A stretch of DNA of 64,000 nucleotides from Candidatus Paceibacter sp. (GTDB taxonomy: Bacteria; Patescibacteriota; Minisyncoccia; UBA6257; 02-FULL-45-10c): the NCBI GenBank assembly GCA_020724845.1, contig DYGE01000001.1, forward strand, positions 58,218-122,217, given 5' to 3'. This document shows positions 57,801 to 64,000 of this stretch, piece after piece. The notes below the pieces were generated by a model, which was given only the letters and a program-made list of their open reading frames with translations, did no database searches and was not told the origin of the DNA. A program made the position numbers and the translations under genes. Within the stretch, counting starts at the first letter, position 1. Each line of letters opens with the position of its first letter.

Positions 57801-57930
57801 TTCCGGAAGAGGAGAGTAGAATCTCAATCCTTCCCTGTAGCAAATCCTCAAACTTCTGCTTTTCTTCCGGAGAAAGCCCCAGTTCAGATTCCCGCTTAGG
57901 CGCTTTATCAAATTTTTCCCTGACCTCCAT
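54862..57930 (-). CDS. Large multidomain protein with C-terminal PI3/4-kinase-like domain
   Basis: FGRDG...IDTGYAGSI domain; DALLGQYDR..N and IDNGASL kinase motifs. Confidence 0.75.
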   Translation of the reverse strand: MEVREKFDKAPKRESELGLSPEEKQKFEDLLQGRIEILLSSSGTGFAWEDYTSYRAFLNKFSRAQGGKNLYLVEREYWFDMKKAGPAFKQFFEKKINSAASSRGEGIYWYINLYLSLGYKDSAKFAATILEKPAILDNVDGSNLHQILELLRRSKDPSLAPAIVQFINNAVTEDYARKMHLDSDLRVAASALAGILGTEEAKKVLVETAENNPEFSGWLAILSKTISSWNETLSEEKPEFEEFEESVEKNRLEELRKEVENMPAEDMGEDDVYDDGYGFNYDGDYDDFDEGPILPPIPQPSSSAWEAGKLINFYGRFTPKLEKGVVLTPENYLAGLFGIISRRNAGFENVDSYLNFLFGVMEEKDLESNLPEEVNYEEAYGMAALSYARALSLASLENRPENAISEIRALQYFLGRSVDSETPDGQSIAHLALNLDKLVDFIERVRWETPLDMPESANPFLLYHPTLKRSRQIPDFRTLLAEKIRYYLAQDLANRDDKSYPDSYFEKLQEIIGHYQENLQMYKSVEEKDVPLYWEAKEKLEDFGAEKLAVFGRDGRYFFTAIKANEIGLKRKELKYVVVTRSMASQKNQSKVARYLKENGVGLEFAFIDTGYAGSIPEFAIRSLAETGGIGISSQEVDEKIMLFSSSNPTRKELSRRLRDSGPSRELDFLEGRPKSIYKPALFILDEKGKLKPESKPKSIDQQLLAWTVEHAVMRNFSPKLDPEQRIRINSQNPLEGLKFIQEFRGNYIGTHRLQLWEDKKGKKFLLKGGPRHTVQADFVGQKFLERAGLLTPKTDLVAIERVPKLKMELLEGWKEGGLTLPEEHHQNQKIQEGLLVDALLGQYDRTAWNLMFKGDKVAFIDNGASLFSRARGGYKGFPEHFGISQLQEVLANPQFAGKPVNEAYHNLLEVREGRVIVKNQILLQKMLKKLEDIDDAFIDEIITSAGFKDGEDSTRDLTERISELRAILSIGEASYRDRAKLLDAVETYSAAIKSGGEAPYLKKALSQRREDIIRLLSPLAR

Positions 57931-57937
57931 AAGCCGA

Positions 57938-58301
57938 TTACTTTAAATAAGATTTTATCTTGCTGATAACCTGTTTCATGGAAAAATTCGCTTTTACCAT
58001 GTAGTCGTCAGCCCCCAAGTCCATCGCTCTTTTAACGTCGGCATCCTGGCCGAGATTGGATAAAACAAGTACCGGAATATTTTTCCATGCCTCACCGGCT
58101 TTTATTTCCTTCAAGAAATCAAAACCGTTTTTTGATGGAAGCATTAAATCAAGTAAAATAAGATCGAAGGAATCGCCCATCACCTTTCCCGTCATAAGCA
58201 ATATCAACCTCAAAACCCTCCCGCTCCAAGGCGGTTTTATAAACCATCACCAAATATTTATCATCTTCCACCAAGAGAATCCTCTTTTTTTCTTTTGCCA
58301 T
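57938..58301 (-). pseudogene. Frameshifted response-regulator receiver domain
   Basis: MAKEKKRILLVEDD...AYDGK in one frame, DLILLDLMLP...ADDYMVK in the +1 frame; total 364 nt. Confidence 0.85.
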
Positions 58302-58377
58302 AGTATCTATATACTAACTCCAATAAATCCTATTTTCCAGGGGCCTCACTTCACATTATATTCTTCAAGTTTATATC

Positions 58378-58785
58378 TTAGCCCATGGCAATTTTTTGAA
58401 AATCTCCATTCAATACTGCCGGGTTCATTGCCTCGATCTCGTCTTTATAGCTCATTTCCGGAACCGGATTCAGTAAATAGATCTTCTTATCGAGAACATG
58501 CGCGTACGCCATTTCTATCAATGCGTTGCCTCCAACATAATTTGGAATTCCATTCTTCGCAATATTGACTATCAATACCGCATCCGAGGACTTTATTTCA
58601 TTCCAGTAGTTTTTTAATAGATCGCCTTCCTGTTTTTCCCACTTGTCCTCAACGCTTTTCTCTCCCGCTGCGTACTTCTCCGCATCTTTTGGCAACGCTA
58701 CCTCATAGCCAAGAACCTCAAGTTTTGACTTGATTTCCAGCATTTCCTTCCCGAATTGCATACTTCCGCAAATTGCTATTTTCAT
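58378..58785 (-). CDS. Nucleoside 2-deoxyribosyltransferase-like protein
   Basis: MKIAICGS, SDAVLIVN, YVGGNALIEMAYA. Confidence 0.7.
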   Translation of the reverse strand: MKIAICGSMQFGKEMLEIKSKLEVLGYEVALPKDAEKYAAGEKSVEDKWEKQEGDLLKNYWNEIKSSDAVLIVNIAKNGIPNYVGGNALIEMAYAHVLDKKIYLLNPVPEMSYKDEIEAMNPAVLNGDFQKIAMG

Positions 58786-58807
58786 ATTTCTTAGTTGTAT
58801 CCCATTC

Positions 58808-61159
58808 TCATTGCCCATGGCACTTTTTATATTTTTTACCGCTGCCGCACGGGCAGGGGTCATTACGGCCAACTTTTTCGAAATTGTTGTTTTTCCCGGT
58901 ATCATAGATCCCGCCTGGATGCTTGGCTTCCAAGTTAACGCCGTTGCCTAATTCTTTCTGCTCATTTCGGGCCTGCTTTAATTTCTCCGAATTTTCGCTC
59001 ATCCACTTTTCAAAATCCTCAAGCATTCTCTGAAACAGTATCCGGCTTTCGCGCTTGTATTCCACTAAAGGATCATGCTGGCCGTAAGCTCTAAGGCGCA
59101 CCGATTCGCGGAGCGCTTCCATGTCTTCCAGGTGATTCATCCAGAAGCTGTCCAGTACCATCAAAATCTGCGGATGAGCCTTTTCCTTCATTAGCGTCTC
59201 CCTCTTTTCGTAAATGGACAGTCTATGCTTGTTCAAGATATCGTCATAATCCAAAAGATGCTTTCGCCCGTCAAAACTGAAGCCTTCTACCCGCGATTGC
59301 GCTTGGGAAACCGCCTTGGAAACCATTCCCGACTCTATAGGCGTGTCTTCCGGAACATCCAGAGTTTCCATTAAACTTTTTATTCTCCCGCCGCCGAAGA
59401 TGCGCATCAAGTCATCTTCCAGAGACAGGTAAAATTGAGATGAACCGGGATCCCCTTGCCTTCCGGAACGTCCGCGAAGCTGGTTATCAATTCTCCGGGC
59501 ATCGTGTCTTTCAGTGCCAATCACGTGCAGGCCGCCCAGATCTTTCACTTTTTCGCTCTGCAGTATATCCGGAGGATTTCCGCCAAGCACGATATCCACT
59601 CCCCGGCCGGCCATATTGGTGGCGACCGTCACCGCGCCCACCTTTCCCGCTTGAGCGATGATGGAAGCCTCTCGTTCATTATTTTTAGCATTCAAAACCT
59701 CGTGCCTCACTCCGGCGCGATTCAAATATTGGGACAGCAATTCGTTTTTTTCTATGGAGATCGTGCCAATCAGCACCGGCTGCCCTTTCTGCTGGCGCCT
59801 TTTAACCTCTTCCGCTACTGCTCGGAATTTCGCGTCAGCTGTTTTGTAGATTACATCCGGCAAATCCTGCCGCTGCACCGGCCTATTGGTCGGGATGCCG
59901 ACCACCTGTAATTTATAGACCTTATCAAATTCCTCCGCGGAAGTTTGGGCCGTGCCGGTCATACCGGCTAGTTTTTTATAAAGACGGAAATAATTCTGAA
60001 TGGTAATTTGGGCGTAAGTCCGAGACTCCTGCTGTATTGGCACGCCTTCTTTCGCCTCCAACGCTTGATGCAGCCCTCCAGAATATCGTCGCCCCGGCAT
60101 CAGCCTGCCGGTATTTTGGTCCACGATAATGACTTCGCTATTTTTTACCACGTAATCTTTGTCGCGCTTAAAAAGGGCTTTTGCTTTCAAGCTTTCTTCC
60201 AAATAATGGGTTAGCCGCAGATTTTCTGGGTCGTAGATATTTTTAATCTTTAAAGACTTTTCCACTTTATCAATCCCGGATTCCAGAATCTGAACAGACC
60301 GGAATTTTTCATCTACCAGATAGTCTTCATCTTGATTTAAAATAGCGGCTACCTGCTTGAATATTTTATAAAAATTGCTGGACTCGGCATCCGGAGCAGA
60401 AATGATGAGCGGCGTTCTCGCTTCATCTATTAAAACGCTGTCAATTTCATCAATAATGGCAAAATTGTGCCCGCGCGATTGGACTTGTTTATCTTCAGAG
60501 TGAGCCAGGTTATCCCGTAGATAATCAAAGCCAAACTCATGGTTGGTTCCGTAAGTGACATCCGCTTCATAGGCCTCCTTTCTGGAAATCGGCCGCAGAT
60601 ATTCTTCCTGAATCCTAAAACTTCCAGTCGAGTCCCTTTCTTTGTCTAATAAATCGTCAGCTTGTTTTGATATGTACGCCGGATCGTACATCAGCGCCCC
60701 TTGATGCACTAAACAAGCGACTCTCAATCCTAATAGGTGATAAATTTGACCCATCCAAACAGCGTCTCTTTTTGCCAAGTATTCATTGACCGTAACCACA
60801 TGCACCCCCTCGCCTGCCAAGGCATTTAAATAAATCGGCGAAGTGGACGATAAAGTTTTACCTTCTCCGGTAGCCATCTCCGCTATTTTACCTTCATGCA
60901 AAGCCATGCCGCCCATCAACTGTACGTCAAAGTGCCGCTGTTTCAAGGTTCTTTTAGCGGCCTCCCTTACCAGAGCAAACGCTTCCGGAAGCGCCATATC
61001 CAAAGAAAGTCCGTCCGCTACCCTACTCCGCAAGTCCCGGCTTTTTTCCTGAAGTTCCGCGTCGCTTAACTCCCCAATCTCTTTTTCCAGATTGTTTATT
61101 TCCTCAACTCGTTTTTTCAATTTTTTGGTCTGATCAAATAAGAAATTAAAAAACTTCAT
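58808..61159 (-). CDS. secA: Protein translocase ATPase SecA
   Basis: GEGKT, DEID, GRSGRQGDPG, C-terminal SEC-C motif. Confidence 0.98.
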   Translation of the reverse strand: MKFFNFLFDQTKKLKKRVEEINNLEKEIGELSDAELQEKSRDLRSRVADGLSLDMALPEAFALVREAAKRTLKQRHFDVQLMGGMALHEGKIAEMATGEGKTLSSTSPIYLNALAGEGVHVVTVNEYLAKRDAVWMGQIYHLLGLRVACLVHQGALMYDPAYISKQADDLLDKERDSTGSFRIQEEYLRPISRKEAYEADVTYGTNHEFGFDYLRDNLAHSEDKQVQSRGHNFAIIDEIDSVLIDEARTPLIISAPDAESSNFYKIFKQVAAILNQDEDYLVDEKFRSVQILESGIDKVEKSLKIKNIYDPENLRLTHYLEESLKAKALFKRDKDYVVKNSEVIIVDQNTGRLMPGRRYSGGLHQALEAKEGVPIQQESRTYAQITIQNYFRLYKKLAGMTGTAQTSAEEFDKVYKLQVVGIPTNRPVQRQDLPDVIYKTADAKFRAVAEEVKRRQQKGQPVLIGTISIEKNELLSQYLNRAGVRHEVLNAKNNEREASIIAQAGKVGAVTVATNMAGRGVDIVLGGNPPDILQSEKVKDLGGLHVIGTERHDARRIDNQLRGRSGRQGDPGSSQFYLSLEDDLMRIFGGGRIKSLMETLDVPEDTPIESGMVSKAVSQAQSRVEGFSFDGRKHLLDYDDILNKHRLSIYEKRETLMKEKAHPQILMVLDSFWMNHLEDMEALRESVRLRAYGQHDPLVEYKRESRILFQRMLEDFEKWMSENSEKLKQARNEQKELGNGVNLEAKHPGGIYDTGKNNNFEKVGRNDPCPCGSGKKYKKCHGQ

Positions 61160-61181
61160 ACAATTTAAAAAGGGCTGATCT

Positions 61182-61505
61182 TTAGTGATCAGCCAATTTG
61201 TCTTTCAGCCGCAAAAGGTCTTTTTTTAGGCGGTCTTTTACCCTATCAATCGCCGCGTGCATATCTTCGTTTGTTTCTTCAATCCTAAGCAGCGGATTGC
61301 CAGGCAATTGCAAATTCGCCTCGGCATAAAAAACATCTCCTTTATTGTGATGATTGGTAGTCCTGGAAACTTCTACGTCCAAAACAACCGCGTCATCCTT
61401 GTCCCATCGCCCTAAAAATTTCTCCAAGCCGCCCATTTTCTCTTCAACGAATTGGGTCAAGGCCGGAGTTAATTCAAAATTCTTTGCCTTAATTTGTAAT
61501 CTCAT
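61182..61505 (-). CDS. hpf: Ribosome hibernation promoting factor (short HPF/RaiA)
   Basis: LTPALTQFVEEK, DMHAAID. Confidence 0.9.
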   Translation of the reverse strand: MRLQIKAKNFELTPALTQFVEEKMGGLEKFLGRWDKDDAVVLDVEVSRTTNHHNKGDVFYAEANLQLPGNPLLRIEETNEDMHAAIDRVKDRLKKDLLRLKDKLADH

Positions 61506-61709
61506 AATAATAATCTATTAATTTACCACCCGTTAAGAACACAACATTTTTAGTTATATGCTTAACGGGTGGTAATGGTGACCTCCAAATGCTATTTGTA
61601 TTTAGTGAGTGCTCTCTTACCACCCAAGTCAAGTATAAAACATTCCTAAAAAAATAAAAGAGCCCTGATCCTTAACAAGGAAAAGGGCTCTGGGTAGGGC
61701 GCTGGAGTT

Positions 61710-61856
61710 TTACGGCGCCTGCGGTGGCTTAGCTACCTCGCTGCCTCTCCGCAGTTCCGCGAGTTGCAAGCACTCCTTCAGCTCATGCAGGCTGTAACCT
61801 TTGCCGAGGTAATAGCTGAACTGCTCCACGACTTCCTGCTTATCCGGCTTAGCCAT
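61710..61856 (-). CDS. 48-aa hypothetical protein MAKPDKQEVVEQFSYYLGKG...
   Basis: Not in track. TTGACA-17-TAACAT, SD GGAGG, terminator near 61657-61691. Confidence 0.7.
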   Translation of the reverse strand: MAKPDKQEVVEQFSYYLGKGYSLHELKECLQLAELRRGSEVAKPPQAP

Positions 61857-61925
61857 CGATCCCTCCATACTCCTAAGATGTACTTACGGTAAATGTTATC
61901 ATATTTTTAACATTTTGTCAATATG

Positions 61926-62021
61926 AAAACCTAAGAGCCCCCGAAGGGGCTCTTAGGCTACAAATAGCGGAGTAACATTCCTTTGTCGATATCATCGCAA
62001 AGGAATACTTACACTCACTAT
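61926..62021 (-). ncRNA. Candidate small RNA
   Basis: TTGCTT-17-TATACT (62054-62026); long hairpin, then a 12-bp cUUCGg terminator. Confidence 0.6.
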
Positions 62022-62092
62022 GCGTAGTATAGCATACTTCTCTCAATAAAGCAAGGGTCTCATAGACAATGTAATAGAGCGACGTTAAAATC

Positions 62093-62698
62093 TCACTTCT
62101 TAAACACAATAAACTTCATACCGATAAAGTTCCAGAAAAGGGCCACAATAGCCGCAGTAGCTGCGCCGGCATTAGCCCACAATTCGCCGGACACGCCAAC
62201 CGGAGCCCCAACCGTATTGACCACAAAAGAAGCGGTACTCACATTGATGCCGAATCCGATTAAATTGACTGTGAAAAATTTTATAAATTCCACTGTCCTT
62301 GGCCCATTGCCGGCATGAAAAGTCCAGTACTTGTTCCAAAAATAACTGTTAATTACAGCCACAATAAAAGAACTGGCTTTAAAAACCGAATAGTAAAAGC
62401 CGGCAGTTATGCCAGTTAAAAAAATCAGCAGATTTAAAATACCGAGGTCAACCAAAAAATTAAGTCCGCCGACTATGCCGAATTTAACGAATTGAAGCAT
62501 CACCGGCCACCGGCGGCTAAGCCAGTATCCGACCAAATAACCTAACGGGGTTATAACAGCCAGCGACAAGACCGCCGCGGCCCCGGCCGCGCTTCCGGTA
62601 AGAAGCCCTATATTTTTAAGAACCAGCCAAAAGAGAAAGCCGGCAACAATGCCCACCAAAAAACTTATTTTCAGATCTTGCTTGAAGAAATTATCCAT
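62093..62698 (-). CDS. GtrA-family protein
   Basis: KFGIVG, NSYFWNKYWTF, WNFIGMKFIVF. Confidence 0.9.
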   Translation of the reverse strand: MDNFFKQDLKISFLVGIVAGFLFWLVLKNIGLLTGSAAGAAAVLSLAVITPLGYLVGYWLSRRWPVMLQFVKFGIVGGLNFLVDLGILNLLIFLTGITAGFYYSVFKASSFIVAVINSYFWNKYWTFHAGNGPRTVEFIKFFTVNLIGFGINVSTASFVVNTVGAPVGVSGELWANAGAATAAIVALFWNFIGMKFIVFKK

Positions 62699-63359
62699 TT
62701 AAGAATTCTTTTATTGTTTGGGTCAAGTCGGGACCATCAGAAAAACTTAGAAAATCAGTTCCGTGTCCGGCTGGCTCATAAACAACCAGCTTCTTGTTTT
62801 GAGAAGGCGCCAGATTATAATACTGGCGGTTCTGGTCCGCGTTGTTCCCTGCCGCCCTTTCGTCTTTCTTGCTAGCAGCTAAAAGAAGTTTCTGGCCCGG
62901 CGAGAGCTGGCGAACCAAGAGCGCGCTGTCCAGGCCTTTATAATCTCCGGGAGATAATAAAATTCCTCCCCGAATTTCCTGGTTCTTAGTCAGAAAAAGA
63001 AGACTTAGATTCGCCCCGATAGATGCCCCCACTAAAACGGTCTTTTCCGGCACGGCGCCGCGGGATTTTAAAAATTCCCAGCCGGCGGCAATATCTTGGA
63101 TGCTAGCTTGATGTTCTGCGTCGCCAAAATTTTTAAATCCACCAGGACCGCCTTCGGATTCGCCATGTCCCCTTAAATCAATAGCTAGACCCTCGTACCC
63201 ATAGGACTGCAATTCAATAGCAAGATTCCGCCAAGATTCTTTCGTAGCGGGCATCATATGTGAAAATAGCAGCCACCCTTCCGGTTTTTCAACCGGATAC
63301 AAATCTGCTGCTATTTTCTTATTATCAGAAGTTATCAGTTCAACCCTATCTGATTTCAT
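62691..63359 (-). CDS. Alpha/beta hydrolase
   Basis: DLRGHGES, GASIG, HGT. Confidence 0.88.
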   Translation of the reverse strand: MKSDRVELITSDNKKIAADLYPVEKPEGWLLFSHMMPATKESWRNLAIELQSYGYEGLAIDLRGHGESEGGPGGFKNFGDAEHQASIQDIAAGWEFLKSRGAVPEKTVLVGASIGANLSLLFLTKNQEIRGGILLSPGDYKGLDSALLVRQLSPGQKLLLAASKKDERAAGNNADQNRQYYNLAPSQNKKLVVYEPAGHGTDFLSFSDGPDLTQTIKEFLNG

Positions 63360-64000
63360 AGGTAACACTCACGTTCACAGTCAATTCCTGGCTTCCCGGC
63401 TCCACGCTCGGGGCAGGAGCTGTCGCGAAATCTCCACCCATTCCAAATGCCGCCTCTCGATAAACCGGAATCGGAGGATATCCTCCTTGACTCTCAAAGA
63501 AAGTCACTACTCTTTTAATCTTGACCCCGTTCTGTTCGGCCATCGTTTCCGCTTTTTCCCTGGCCTTATTAAAGGCCTCTTCCCTGGCTTCATTCAACAG
63601 CTTATCAGGATCATCAATATCAAAGCTTAAAGAGCTGACTTGGTTAATTCCAAAACCAGGCAATGCTCCGAGTATCTCGCCTATCTTGGCAAAATCTCTA
63701 ATCTTAACCGAAACTGTCTGGGTGAGAGTGTATCCAGTGATAAAACTTTGCCTCCTATTCCTGTCATATTCGTACCTTGGAGCCAGATTGTAGCCGGAAG
63801 TTTTTATGTCCTCGTCCTCTACTCCCTGTTTTTTTACGAAATCAATCGCCGCGTTCATGATCAGCGTATTTTCCCTTGCCACATCTTCCGGGCTCTCGCC
63901 TTCGGTCACGACCGAAAATGAAAATTGCGCTATGTCCGGAACGGCCACCGCTTCACCTGTCGCGCTCACATTGATCGTTCTAGATGGATACGAAGAACCC
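63346..64000 (-). CDS. SIMPL (DUF541) domain protein, 5' end beyond window
   Basis: GEAVAVPDIA, DIKT, AREKAETMA, VSVTYEI. Confidence 0.9.
   Translation of the reverse strand, partial: GSSYPSRTINVSATGEAVAVPDIAQFSFSVVTEGESPEDVARENTLIMNAAIDFVKKQGVEDEDIKTSGYNLAPRYEYDRNRRQSFITGYTLTQTVSVKIRDFAKIGEILGALPGFGINQVSSLSFDIDDPDKLLNEAREEAFNKAREKAETMAEQNGVKIKRVVTFFESQGGYPPIPVYREAAFGMGGDFATAPAPSVEPGSQELTVNVSVTYEIR

Noticed and set aside
58184..58190. GGGAAAG as a programmed -1 frameshift site
   Set aside because: The heptamer is in the wrong phase, a +1 shift would be needed, and residues are missing.
1..64000. CRISPR or TIGR-type array, cas genes, integrase, transposase, reverse transcriptase
   Set aside because: No regularly spaced repeat-spacer array and no matching protein motifs were seen.
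1..64000. Alternative genetic code (TGA read as Gly)
   Set aside because: Conserved genes are full length under code 11 and several end properly at TGA.

Overview
A 64-kb stretch of a small-genome bacterium using standard code 11. Gene content and style point to CPR/Patescibacteria, probably Parcubacteria (inference). Most genes lie on the minus strand. Housekeeping and stress genes include a zwf-gnd fusion with PGI/PMI, an ArsR-led thiol-redox operon, UDG, a cold-shock protein, tRNA-Ser(GGA), lemA-htpX, dCMP deaminase-thyA-folA, CIRCE-groES-groEL, rmuC, msrB, tgt with a queuosine-salvage gene, DsbA-VKOR, secA and hpf. Between them are many single-gene orphan units, usually with their own sigma70 promoter, Shine-Dalgarno (SD) and terminator. 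About 8-10 of these units carry a boxA-like motif near the SD, whereas many core genes look leaderless. Other highlights: a three-member family of unknown 2-TM proteins; a CCA-ended tRNA-like element next to tRNA-Ser; several promoter-to-terminator sRNA candidates; four small ORFs missed by the ORF track; a MITE inserted into the rmuC start codon; many palindromic and heptamer repeats; and two PI3/4-kinase-like putative effectors. No CRISPR array, integrase, transposase or rRNA was seen. All calls come from reading the sequence by eye; no database searches were run.
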